From: a virus
Lineage: Duplodnaviria > Caudoviricetes
Reading direction: 5' to 3' (one strand)
Length of the DNA: 26,291 nucleotides
Virus record (IMG/VR): IMGVR_UViG_3300036786_000003
Span: 1 to 26,291 of that record
Part shown: positions 7,217 to 15,804 of the stretch, one piece after another
Layout: the number at the start of each line of letters is the position of its first letter
How positions within the stretch are numbered: the stretch's first letter is position 1
Notes under the pieces: model-generated
The model's database searches: none
What the model saw: only the letters and a program-made list of their open reading frames with translations
Told to the model about the DNA's origin: nothing
Translations under genes and position numbers: made by a program

Positions 7217-7666
7217 GTGACCTACGCGACGCAACAGGACCTGATCGACCGCTTCGGCTTGGACGAGATCACACAGATCTCGGATGAGACCGGCAGCGGC
7301 ACGCTCGACACGGGTCGCGTCGCGCAAGCGCTTGCGGACGCCAACGCGCAGATCGATGGCTTTCTCGGCACGCGCTACACGCTGCCGCTGAGCACGATCC
7401 CCGCGGCGCTCAATCTCATCGCTTGCGACGTCTCGCGCTATCGCCTGGCGCGGCTTCCAGCCGACGAGATGCGCCGGCGCTATGAAGACGCGTTGCGCTG
7501 GCTCGGCAAGGTCGCAACCGGCGAATATGGGCTCGGCGTCGATGCCGAAGGCCAAGTGCCTGCCGAGACGAGCGGCGTTCAGATCTCCGGCGATCGGCGC
7601 GTCTTCACGCGCGAGATGCTCGACGACTTCATCCATCCGCGCGACGGCATTGGACCTCGGCGATGA
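7217..7666 (+). CDS. Head-tail adaptor, Mu gp36/DUF1320 family
   Basis: MTYATQQDLIDRFG..EI.Q, ALADANAQIDGFLGTRYTLPL, ACDVSRYRL, RRYEDALRWL.KVA.G. Confidence 0.92.
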   Translation: MTYATQQDLIDRFGLDEITQISDETGSGTLDTGRVAQALADANAQIDGFLGTRYTLPLSTIPAALNLIACDVSRYRLARLPADEMRRRYEDALRWLGKVATGEYGLGVDAEGQVPAETSGVQISGDRRVFTREMLDDFIHPRDGIGPRR

Positions 7667-8262
7667 TCGAAAGCGTCGAGAAGGCAATCATCGCGCGCGT
7701 GCAAGAAGCCGTTACGGTCGATGGCCGATCGCTCATCCGCGATTGCGACAGCCTTCCCACGAACCTCACCGAGCAGGAGCTTCAGCGCCGGCTGCGCAAT
7801 GTGCCTGGCGTCTATGTCGCGTTCCTCGGCGGCGCCGCGATCCAGGAGACTGAAGCGGCGATCGACGCTGAGTACGTTCTCTATTTCCTCACCCGCAATG
7901 CCGGCAGCGAGAAGCAGCGCCGCACCGGCGACGCGACCGCGATCGGCGCCTACGAACTGATGAAGCTCGTGGTGCCCGCGATCAATGGGTTGCGCATCAA
8001 GGATGTCGGCTCGCTCACCTTCAAGAGCATCGCGAACCTCTTTGCCGAAAATCTCGATGCGCAAGGCATCTCGCTCTATTCGGCGGCCTTCACGATCCCG
8101 ATGGTTTTCGATACGGCCGATCCGCCGATCGGTGAGGTGACGCCGTTCGAGACGTTCCATGCCGATTGGATTTTGAAACCGACGCAATCCTACACCGGCA
8201 CGCTGCCGGCGCCGGCGCAGGATGTCGCGGCGCAAGACGACGTTTCGCTTCCTCAGGAGTGA
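7663..8262 (+). CDS. Tail terminator/completion protein, Mu gp37/DUF1834 family
   Basis: MIESVEKAIIARV, PGVYVAFLGG, RRTGD..IGAYEL, FETFHADW. Synteny supports the call. Confidence 0.85.
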   Translation: MIESVEKAIIARVQEAVTVDGRSLIRDCDSLPTNLTEQELQRRLRNVPGVYVAFLGGAAIQETEAAIDAEYVLYFLTRNAGSEKQRRTGDATAIGAYELMKLVVPAINGLRIKDVGSLTFKSIANLFAENLDAQGISLYSAAFTIPMVFDTADPPIGEVTPFETFHADWILKPTQSYTGTLPAPAQDVAAQDDVSLPQE

Positions 8263-8654
8263 TGATGCACACGATCCGCCTCCGCACGATCGAAGGGCGC
8301 CGCATGCGCGATCCGACGCAGCCCAAGCGGCCGGTGATTGCGACCGGCACCGTCTTCGACGCGTCGATCCACAATATCCATTGGCTGCGCCGCCTGCGCG
8401 ACGGCGACGTCGAGGAAGTGCTGCGGAAGGCGCGTGTCGCAAAGGGCCGCACCGTGACGTTGCCGGCCGAGCAGGAAGGCGCCGAGCCGCGCCAGCTCAA
8501 GGAAGGAACGGTCGCGGAGATCTCCGCGCTCGACGATCACTGGCGCCTGGCGCTGGAGCGCGGCGATGCCGAGCTCGTGCCCGAGCCGGAAGAGAAGAAG
8601 CCCGTTAGCGCCGCCGCGCCGGCGGCCGCCGCTAACGGCGCGAGCAAGGAGTAA
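8262..8654 (+). CDS. Mu gp38/DUF2635-like protein with tandem-duplicated domain, 130 aa
   Basis: GRRMRDP...HWLRRLRDGDVEEV, then GRTVTLP...HWRLALERGDAELV. TGATG coupling and CAGGAG SD (start 8262 or 8265). Immediately precedes the sheath gene. Confidence 0.8.
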   Translation: MMHTIRLRTIEGRRMRDPTQPKRPVIATGTVFDASIHNIHWLRRLRDGDVEEVLRKARVAKGRTVTLPAEQEGAEPRQLKEGTVAEISALDDHWRLALERGDAELVPEPEEKKPVSAAAPAAAANGASKE

Positions 8655-8661
8655 CTGACGC

Positions 8662-10146
8662 ATGCAAGCGGGCGATTTCCTCCAGGTCCCGGTCAACCTC
8701 CGCATCCCGGGTCAATTCGTCGAATTCAACAACGCCGGCGCGCTTCGCGGCACGCCGCCGAAGCCGAACCGCATCCTCGTGTTCGGCCAGATGCTTGCCG
8801 CCGGCTCGGCGCCGGCGAACACGCCGATTCTCATCAGCGGCGGCCAGTCCAATTGGACCACGCTCTTCGGCCGTGGCTCGCAGCTCACGACGATACTCAA
8901 CAAGCTGCGCGCGGCGAATTCCTTCGATGAGTGCTGGGCAATCGCGCAGGCCGACAACGGCGCCGGGACGGCCGCGACCGGTTCGATCAAGTTCACGGCG
9001 CTCCCCGCCGTCGCCGGCACGCAGAATTTCTATATCGCCGGCCAGCTCGTGCAGATCGCTGTCGCGCCCACGGGGATGACCCTGGCGCAAATAGCGACGG
9101 CGCTCGCGGCTGCCATCAACGCCGATCTCGATCTGCCGGTCACGGCACAAGTCGACGGCGTCGACACGACCAAGGTCGATCTCACCTGCATCCACAAGGG
9201 CGTGGACGTCGGCAATATCGACATCCGCACCACGTACTTCGCGAACGACGCGAATGTGCAGGGGCTCGGCATGACGATCGTGCAATTGTCGGGCGGCGCG
9301 GGCAATCCGCTGATCGCGACCGCGATCGCCAATCTCGGCAATACCTGGTTCGTGCATTGGGTGATGCCTTACACGGACGGCACCAACCTCACGGCGCTTC
9401 AGACGGAGCTCGATCGCCGCCTCGGGCCGCTCGTCCAGCAGGAAGGCCACTCCTACATCACGTCAACCGGCAGCGTCGGAACGCTCGCCACCTTCGGGCA
9501 GACGTTCAACACCAACGAGCATTCGTGCATGGGCGTCAACAAGAGCCCGACGCCGCCCTATCTCTGGACGGCTGTGCTCGCCGGCGTCTGCGCCGCGAGC
9601 CTTGGCATCGATCCGGCGCGCCAGGTCGCGCAGCTCCAATTGCCCGGCATCCTCGCGCCGGCAATGGCCGATCGCTTCATCGACAGCGACAAGAACAACC
9701 TCCTCTTCGACGGCATCTCAACCTTCGATGTCGACGACGGCGGCAACGTGACGATCAACAACCTCATCACGATGTACCGCAACAACCCGGCGGGCCTGCC
9801 CGATCCGTCCTATCTCGAAATCGAGACGATGTTCGCGCTGTTCTATATGCGCTTCAGCCTGCGCGTCTTCGTCGCCAATCAATGGCCGCGTTACAAGCTC
9901 GCCGACGATGGCACCGTGATCCGCCCCGGCGCGCCGGTAACGACGCCGTCGAAGGTCAGGGCCGGCATCGTCGCGCTTGCGGCGCGCGATTGGGACGGTT
10001 TCGTCATGGACGATCTCGACGCCTTCAAGGCGGCGATCAACGTCGTTCGCGACAACGACGATCCGGATCGCGTCAACGCGCTGCTGCCGCCCAACATCAT
10101 CGGCAATCTGCGCCGCTTCGCCGGCCAGATCGCCTTCACGCTGTAA
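8662..10146 (+). CDS. gpL: Contractile tail sheath protein (Mu gpL)
   Basis: VPVNLRIPGQFVEFNN, LFGRGSQL, DPARQ..QL.LPGILAP, NNLLFDGISTF, ITMYRNN..G.PDPSYL, PRYKLADDG, DPDRVN. Confidence 0.95.
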   Translation: MQAGDFLQVPVNLRIPGQFVEFNNAGALRGTPPKPNRILVFGQMLAAGSAPANTPILISGGQSNWTTLFGRGSQLTTILNKLRAANSFDECWAIAQADNGAGTAATGSIKFTALPAVAGTQNFYIAGQLVQIAVAPTGMTLAQIATALAAAINADLDLPVTAQVDGVDTTKVDLTCIHKGVDVGNIDIRTTYFANDANVQGLGMTIVQLSGGAGNPLIATAIANLGNTWFVHWVMPYTDGTNLTALQTELDRRLGPLVQQEGHSYITSTGSVGTLATFGQTFNTNEHSCMGVNKSPTPPYLWTAVLAGVCAASLGIDPARQVAQLQLPGILAPAMADRFIDSDKNNLLFDGISTFDVDDGGNVTINNLITMYRNNPAGLPDPSYLEIETMFALFYMRFSLRVFVANQWPRYKLADDGTVIRPGAPVTTPSKVRAGIVALAARDWDGFVMDDLDAFKAAINVVRDNDDPDRVNALLPPNIIGNLRRFAGQIAFTL

Positions 10147-10158
10147 CGGAGACCCGCG

Positions 10159-10536
10159 ATGGCTGCCCGAACCGGCAAAGCCTACATCTACATCAACGGC
10201 GTGCTGCAGGAGGCGATGGCCGGCGCGAAGCTCGATGGCGTCGGCGGCTCGACGCGCGAGCTCGTCAAAGGGACACAGCGCTACGGCTATTCCGAAGAGG
10301 TGAGCGATATAAAGCTCACGTGCTCTTTCGCGCACGGTCCCGGCATCTCCGTCGAGGCGCTGAACGCGATCACCGATGGCGTGGTCCAGTTCGAGTGCGA
10401 CAGCGGCCCGATCTTCACGCTGACCGATGCTTTCAACATGACGGCCGATCTCGATGTCGCCGGTCATAAGGTCGATTGCACCTTCGGCGCGATGGACAGC
10501 CAGGAAGCCGGCGCGGCCGACAGCACGAGCGCTTAA
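10159..10536 (+). CDS. gpM: Tail tube protein (Mu gpM)
   Basis: RTGKAYIYING..L, GG.TRE.V.G...YGYSE, VQFECDSG. 125 aa, directly after the sheath gene. Confidence 0.9.
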   Translation: MAARTGKAYIYINGVLQEAMAGAKLDGVGGSTRELVKGTQRYGYSEEVSDIKLTCSFAHGPGISVEALNAITDGVVQFECDSGPIFTLTDAFNMTADLDVAGHKVDCTFGAMDSQEAGAADSTSA

Positions 10537-10570
10537 GACCGTTTCGGTTTTCCTTTTTGAGGAGTGAGAG

Positions 10571-10933
10571 ATGAGCGAAGGCGAAGGCACAGCCGTATCC
10601 GAGGACGAAGACAAGCGCGCATTAAATGGCGACGGCCAGCCGATCGACGGCACGCGAAAGAACGATGACGGCACCGTCACGATTTTCCTCGAGACGCCGA
10701 TCAAGGTGATGAACCGCGACGTCGACGAAATCACCCTCAAGCGGCCGCGCGGTAAGCAGATGCGCGGGCTCGATTCTGATCCCGGCGTTATGAGCGCAAC
10801 GCTCAAATTCGTGGCAGCCCTGGCCAATATCCCGCCGTCCAGCGTCGACGATCTGGATGCGGCCGACTGCCGGGCCGCGGGAGAAGTCATCAAGGGTTTT
10901 ACGCGAAAGACGCGGGTCGCTGGCGGCAACTGA
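10571..10933 (+). CDS. Tail assembly chaperone (Mu gp41/P2 gpE-like)
   Basis: VTIFLETPI...VDEITLKRPRGKQMR...LANIPPSSVDDLDAAD. GAGGAG SD. Lies between tube and tape measure. Confidence 0.9.
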   Translation: MSEGEGTAVSEDEDKRALNGDGQPIDGTRKNDDGTVTIFLETPIKVMNRDVDEITLKRPRGKQMRGLDSDPGVMSATLKFVAALANIPPSSVDDLDAADCRAAGEVIKGFTRKTRVAGGN

Positions 10934-11064
10934 TCGCCGAGACGTCCTTCGTCTTGCATTTCGGGTTAAGGGACTACGACGACATGAGCCTAGATGCGTT
11001 GGAGCGCTGGCATGGAGAGGCGAAAGCCATTCTCGATGCTATGGCGTCGAAGCGCGAGAGCTGA
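10894..11064 (+). CDS. -1 programmed-frameshift extension of the tail chaperone (G GGT TTT slippery site; fused product about 164 aa)
   Basis: In-phase X XXY YYZ heptamer at 10894-10900. The -1 frame reads YAKDAGRWRQLIAETSFVLHFGLRDYDDMSLDALERWHGEAKAILDAMASKRES, a P2 E'-like sequence ending 3 nt before the tape measure ATG. Confidence 0.85.
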   Translation, partial: GFYAKDAGRWRQLIAETSFVLHFGLRDYDDMSLDALERWHGEAKAILDAMASKRES

Positions 11065-11067
11065 GCG

Positions 11068-12843
11068 ATGTCCGATCCGCTCAAGCTCCAATTCATCATC
11101 GAAGCGGTCGACGGCGTGCGTGGGATCGCGAACGGCGTGCTCGGCGGCGTCAAGAGCATGGCGCGCAATGTCGTCGGTGAATTCGCCGGCATCACCCGCG
11201 CGACGGAAGGCTTCAGCAGGTCTTACGCCGGCATCGCGACAGCGATCGGCGGCGGCTTGGAGATCCGCGATCTCATCGGCCAGGAGGACATGTTCAACCG
11301 CTTGCGCGTGCAAAACGACATGACCGAAGGCGCGATCGAGAAGCTGCATGAAACGATCGTCAGCACGGCAAAGGATGCGAAGATCAATCTTCACGACATG
11401 CTCGGCGCTGTGAGCGCGTTCAGCCTGGCGGGCGGCGACGTTGCCAAATTCGGCGAGGACGCGAAAACAGCCGCTGCCATGATCCAGCTTCTGGGCGGCC
11501 AAGGCGATGACGTCGGGCGCACGATCGCGGCGCTTCGCAATCAGCTCAATGTCGACGACGTCACGCGTTCCGTTGCGACCCTCTACGAGCAGACGAAGAA
11601 CGTGCAGGGAGGATTCGGCGCGGCGGCGAAGAACATCAACGAGCTTGCTGCGATGTACCACGCGCTCGGGCATACGGGCACCGACGCCGCGCGTGAGCTT
11701 GGCGCCGTCTATGCGGTCATCTCCGAAGGCACACGCGGAACGGCGCGCGAGGCCGGCACGGAGATGAAAGGCTTGCTCTCCGCGCTCAGCGATCCCGTCG
11801 GCGAGCTCCGTGGCAGGCTTTTGTCCATGGGCGTGATTAGCTCCGAGGATTTCGGCTTCGACAAGCAGAAGATGCATGCCTCGATTTCCGACATCGTGAA
11901 GGGCATGGTCGCGTTCAGCGCCAAAAGCGACACGAATGCAGGTCTCATGGCGCACTTGCTCGGCCCCGACCTGATGCGCGACCTCATGACCGGCTTCGCG
12001 CGTCCGGAGTTGCTCAATCAGAAACTCGATGTAGCCGGCGATCCGAAGAAATTCTTCGGCGACGCGTCAGAAGCCGCAAAGTCGCTCACGGGTAGCCTCA
12101 ACCAGCTTAAGACCACGATCGACGAAATCGGCAATAGCTGGTTCGCTCAACCTTTCAGATGGATGGCCTGGGCGCTGAGTGCGTGGCACGGTCTTGTCGG
12201 CGCGATCGTTGCCGTCGGCGGCGCGATCGCGATCCTCGGTAATGTGCTCCCGTGGGTTCGTGGTGGCTTTCAAACTTTCTGGAATTTGCTCGTGTGGGGA
12301 GCGACTGTTGCAATACCGGCCGTCATCGGCACGGTTTCGACGGTCGCCGAAGTCATCGCCACCGCATCGGCCGCGATGCTCGAGATGCCCTTCGTCGCGA
12401 TCCTCGGGGGCATCGCCGCAGTCGCTACTGCAATCACCGCCGTCATTTACAGCCTGACGCATGCAAAGGAAATGGCGGATGCGCTGAAGCTCCCTGACGG
12501 CGGCTCGATCAATCCTTTCACGGGCCAGGTGGTATCGCCGGCAGGCGTGCCGCAGACGTCGAGCTGGGACGATTGGTGGCGCGTCATAAACCCCGCGAAC
12601 ATGTTCGGTGGCGCTCCGGCCGCGCCTTCGCGCAGCGAGCTCGCGCCGCAGCGTTCCGATCGGCTTCCGGCGTTCGGCGGCGCGCCTGCGCCGGGCGCAG
12701 CGGCGAATAACCAGGTCAACGGCCAGGTGACTGTCACCTTCGAGAACGCGCCTTCCAACCTCGCTGTGAAGAAAACCGAGAGCGACAACCCCAACGTCGA
12801 TCTCGACGTGAACATGGGCTACGGCCTGATGATGGTGCCGTGA
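11068..12843 (+). CDS. Tail tape measure protein, 591 aa
   Basis: Ala/Gly-rich helical sequence with hydrophobic segments. C-terminus NGQVTVTFENAP...VDLDVNMGY is typical of Mu-like TMPs. Synteny supports the call. Confidence 0.9.
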   Translation: MSDPLKLQFIIEAVDGVRGIANGVLGGVKSMARNVVGEFAGITRATEGFSRSYAGIATAIGGGLEIRDLIGQEDMFNRLRVQNDMTEGAIEKLHETIVSTAKDAKINLHDMLGAVSAFSLAGGDVAKFGEDAKTAAAMIQLLGGQGDDVGRTIAALRNQLNVDDVTRSVATLYEQTKNVQGGFGAAAKNINELAAMYHALGHTGTDAARELGAVYAVISEGTRGTAREAGTEMKGLLSALSDPVGELRGRLLSMGVISSEDFGFDKQKMHASISDIVKGMVAFSAKSDTNAGLMAHLLGPDLMRDLMTGFARPELLNQKLDVAGDPKKFFGDASEAAKSLTGSLNQLKTTIDEIGNSWFAQPFRWMAWALSAWHGLVGAIVAVGGAIAILGNVLPWVRGGFQTFWNLLVWGATVAIPAVIGTVSTVAEVIATASAAMLEMPFVAILGGIAAVATAITAVIYSLTHAKEMADALKLPDGGSINPFTGQVVSPAGVPQTSSWDDWWRVINPANMFGGAPAAPSRSELAPQRSDRLPAFGGAPAPGAAANNQVNGQVTVTFENAPSNLAVKKTESDNPNVDLDVNMGYGLMMVP

Positions 12844-13088
12844 TGCGCGCGCTGGCCGAAAGCAATCCCGTCAACTGGGCGCCTCCGGCGAAGCCCGCGA
12901 AGGTTTTGCTCGACGCGCAGATCATCGAGCTCCGCCGGGAGATCGCGCTGCGCAAGAACTACTACGCGCGTTTCGTCGGCGAGGGGCGGCTTGCCGCATC
13001 AACCGCTGAGCACCGCATCGCCGCGCTGGAGAGCACCGTCGCGACGCTCTCCGCGCTGCGCTCCTTCGACCTGGAGCGCGGCCGATGA
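12843..13088 (+). CDS. Conserved-looking phage hypothetical protein, 81 aa
   Basis: TGATG coupling with the TMP stop. QI.ELRREIALRK..Y.RFV.EGRL....AE.RIA.LE..V.TL resembles a recurrent small helical phage family. Confidence 0.75.
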   Translation: MRALAESNPVNWAPPAKPAKVLLDAQIIELRREIALRKNYYARFVGEGRLAASTAEHRIAALESTVATLSALRSFDLERGR

Positions 13089-13127
13089 GCTGGTGGACGA
13101 AGCATCCTTCGCCGACAGGCTGGTCCG

Positions 13128-13331
13128 CTAAACGTCGGCTGCCATCTCCATTATTTGCTCGAATGCTAATGCGGCTTCGGCCTCTTCTTGGGCGCCGAGC
13201 CACGAGCGTGCGGCCATGAGCTCGTTCAACCAGATATTTCGATCCAGCGCTCCCGATTTGGCGAGGCTTCGCGCCAACGCCATCGTGAGCGTGAACACGG
13301 CGAGACATTTTGCTTCGGGTCCAGCCTGCAT
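13128..13331 (-). CDS. Antisense accessory (moron-like) helical protein, 67 aa
   Basis: MQAGPEAKCLAVFTLTMALARSLAKSGALDRNIWLNELMAARSWLGAQEEAEAALAFEQIMEMAADV. Strong GGGAGG SD 5 nt upstream on the - strand. Fills the gap before gpN. Confidence 0.65.
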   Translation of the reverse strand: MQAGPEAKCLAVFTLTMALARSLAKSGALDRNIWLNELMAARSWLGAQEEAEAALAFEQIMEMAADV

Positions 13332-13336
13332 CGATC

Positions 13337-13352
13337 CCTCCCTTTTGGGAGG
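13337..13352. promoter_or_regulatory. Palindromic double Shine-Dalgarno hairpin CCTCCC-TTTT-GGGAGG
   Basis: Perfect 6-bp inverted repeat. The right arm is the SD of gpN (ATG 13362); the left arm, read on the - strand, is the SD of the antisense ORF (ATG 13331). Confidence 0.6.
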
Positions 13353-13361
13353 CACGTTAGC

Positions 13362-14738
13362 ATGAGCTGGCGCGACAATCTCCGCCAAGGCTCGTTCCGC
13401 GACGTGCCGTTCCAATGGATCGACGACGCCGCTCAAGGCGGCGGCCGGCGCGGCCCCGACCATCAATTCCCGCTGCGTGACACGCCCTACGCCGAGGATC
13501 TCGGGCGCCAGGCCGAAACCTTCACGCTGAACGTGGTCACCATCGGCGCCAACGAAGACGACGATCGGAAAGCGCTGCGCGCTGCCTGCGCCAAAGCCGG
13601 ACCCGGCAAGCTCGTCCATCCGCTCTGGGGCGAGATGACGGTCATGTGCCGCGGCTGCAACTTCCGCGTCAGTACAAGCAAGCTCGGCGTGAGCTATTTC
13701 GTCCTGACGTTCTCCGAAGCCGGGAGCCAGGCGAACGCCGCGACCGTTAGCGCCAGCACGCCCGCACAGACGACGGCGACGGCGGCTAATGCCCAAGGCG
13801 CGAACCAGGGTAACTTCGGCAATTCCTTCGCGGCGCTTCCTGCCGGCGGTCCCGTTGCGCTCTCGGGCCAATCGGACAGCTCTTCGATCCTCGGCACGGT
13901 GAGCTCGGTCGCGATGACGATCCGCAGCGACGCGCGCGCGGCTTTCGCCGTCGCCTCGCAGATCTCGGCGGCGATCGGCAGCGTCGCCTCGTTGGTCGCC
14001 GCGCCGCTCCAGCTCGCCGGCGCGATCACCGGAATCGTTCGCGCCGTCTCGATCTTGACCGCACCGCCGCCCGGCCCGGTGCGCAAGGCGCTGATCGGCA
14101 CGCTCGACCCAGCGGATCCGTCGAGCGCGATCCCGAGCGCCATCCTGGCGCAGCTCGATGATCCGGTGACCGGCGTGAGCAATGACGATCCCGACGAAGA
14201 CACGATCGCCGCGATCCTCAAAGCCTTCACGACGCTTTCGACGGTCGATCCGAGCTACGAGCTCGTGCAGAGCGCGCCGCCGCCGGTGACGCTCTGGACG
14301 CCGCCGCCGCAAGCGACGCCGACGCTGCAAGCGCAATTCGACAACCGCGCCGCGTTGCTCGCCCTGACGCGGCGCGCCGCGCTCGCCTGCGCCTGCCAGG
14401 CCGCGACGGCGCGCAGCTTCCCGAGCTACCAGGACGCGATCGCGACGCGCGACGATCTCGCCGCGCGCCTGGCGCTGGAGATCTTCGCGGCTGATGATGA
14501 GGCGAGCTTCAACGCGCTGCGCGCCCTGCGCAACGCGACGATCCGCGACATCACCGCGCGCGCCGCCTCTTTGCCGCAGCTCGTCACGCTGACGCCGGCG
14601 GCAACGCTGCCGGCGTTGCTCTTGGCCTTTAAGCTCTATGACGATCCCGAGCGCGAAGACGAGATCATCGCGCGCAACGATATCGCCTTTCCGGCCTTCG
14701 TGCCCGGCGGCCAGCCGCTCTTGGTGCTGAATGCCTGA
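13362..14738 (+). CDS. gpN: DNA circularization protein (Mu gpN/gp43), 458 aa
   Basis: MSWRDNLRQGSFRDVPF, GRR...HQFPLRD.PYAEDLGR, GPGKLVHPLWG, C-terminal PALLLAFKLYDD..REDEIIARNDI..PAFVP. True start 13362; the track starts at 13188. Confidence 0.93.
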   Translation: MSWRDNLRQGSFRDVPFQWIDDAAQGGGRRGPDHQFPLRDTPYAEDLGRQAETFTLNVVTIGANEDDDRKALRAACAKAGPGKLVHPLWGEMTVMCRGCNFRVSTSKLGVSYFVLTFSEAGSQANAATVSASTPAQTTATAANAQGANQGNFGNSFAALPAGGPVALSGQSDSSSILGTVSSVAMTIRSDARAAFAVASQISAAIGSVASLVAAPLQLAGAITGIVRAVSILTAPPPGPVRKALIGTLDPADPSSAIPSAILAQLDDPVTGVSNDDPDEDTIAAILKAFTTLSTVDPSYELVQSAPPPVTLWTPPPQATPTLQAQFDNRAALLALTRRAALACACQAATARSFPSYQDAIATRDDLAARLALEIFAADDEASFNALRALRNATIRDITARAASLPQLVTLTPAATLPALLLAFKLYDDPEREDEIIARNDIAFPAFVPGGQPLLVLNA

Positions 14739-15804
14739 GGTGCTGCTCAACATCGCCGGCCGTGCCTATGGCGGATGGAAGGCCATCTCGGTCAATCGCA
14801 CGATCGAAGCATTGGCTGGCTCCTACGAGCTCAAGCTCGCAGAACGCTACCCCGGACAGCAGGCGAAGGCCCAGATAGCACCGGGCCAGGCGGCCTCGCT
14901 CTCGATCGACGGCAAGACGGTCATCACCGGCTTCACCGACGATGTCGAGCCGGCATACGACGAAAAAACTCACGACCTCACGATCCGAGGCCGCGATGCG
15001 ACCGGCGATCTCATTGATAGCGACGCTATCCCGCCCGCCGGGCAGCTCGGACAATGGCTCGACACTCCACTTCTGACCCTCGCGAAGACGCTATGCGATC
15101 CTTTCGGAATCCCCGTATCCGCCGACGTCGACACCGGCGATCCGTTGCGCATCTTCAAGATAGAGCTTGGCGAAAAAGTGTTCACGGCGATCGATCGTCT
15201 CGCGCGCTTGCGCCAGGTGCTCGCGACGTCGGACGGCAAAGGCGGCTTGCATTTCACGCGCGCCGCATCCGGCGTCGCGCATTCGGCGGTGAAGCTCGGG
15301 CAGAACGTTAAGCGAGGCCGCGGACGCCTCTCGTGGCGCGAGCGCTTTTCCGATTACATCGTGATGGCGCAGCTAGCCGGCGTCGATTCGGTCGATGTTG
15401 AGACGAGCGCAGGGCTTTCAGCTACCGCGAAAGACCCGGGCGTTACGCGCTATCGCCCTAAGCTCATTCTCGATGATCTGACGGACTTCAATGACGGCAT
15501 CTTCAAGCAGCGCGCCGAATGGGAAGCATCGGTACGCGCCGCGCGAGCTCGCCGCATTATCGAGACCGTCAATGGCTGGTATGACGCGAACGGAGCGCTG
15601 TGGCGGCCGAACGATACCGTAGAGCTCACTGACGATTTCCTGGCGAGCTATGGCTCGTTCCTGATTTCAGGCGTCCGCTTGACGCTCGATGACGATGGCG
15701 GCGAGCTCGCGGAGCTAACGCTCGTCTCGCCCGACGCCTTCCTGCCGCAGCCGATGGGGAAAAATCCCGATTGGCAGGCCGCCGGCTATTTGGGAGGGAG
15801 TTGA
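14731..15804 (+). CDS. gpP: Baseplate hub protein (Mu gpP/gp44)
   Basis: YGGWKAISVNRTIE, VITGFTD, GRDATGDLIDS, RERFSDYIV, VTRYRP, RAEWE, LWRPN. Confidence 0.93.
   Translation: MPEVLLNIAGRAYGGWKAISVNRTIEALAGSYELKLAERYPGQQAKAQIAPGQAASLSIDGKTVITGFTDDVEPAYDEKTHDLTIRGRDATGDLIDSDAIPPAGQLGQWLDTPLLTLAKTLCDPFGIPVSADVDTGDPLRIFKIELGEKVFTAIDRLARLRQVLATSDGKGGLHFTRAASGVAHSAVKLGQNVKRGRGRLSWRERFSDYIVMAQLAGVDSVDVETSAGLSATAKDPGVTRYRPKLILDDLTDFNDGIFKQRAEWEASVRAARARRIIETVNGWYDANGALWRPNDTVELTDDFLASYGSFLISGVRLTLDDDGGELAELTLVSPDAFLPQPMGKNPDWQAAGYLGGS

Noticed and set aside
10535-10563. Short hairpin plus T-tract after the tail tube gene (possible terminator or attenuator)
   Set aside because: The stem has only three G-C pairs and a 3-nt loop, too weak to call without data.
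13085-13219. 44-codon plus-strand ORF (MSWWTKHPSP...) coupled to the preceding stop
   Set aside because: It overlaps the better-supported minus-strand 67-aa gene and has a low-complexity basic sequence.
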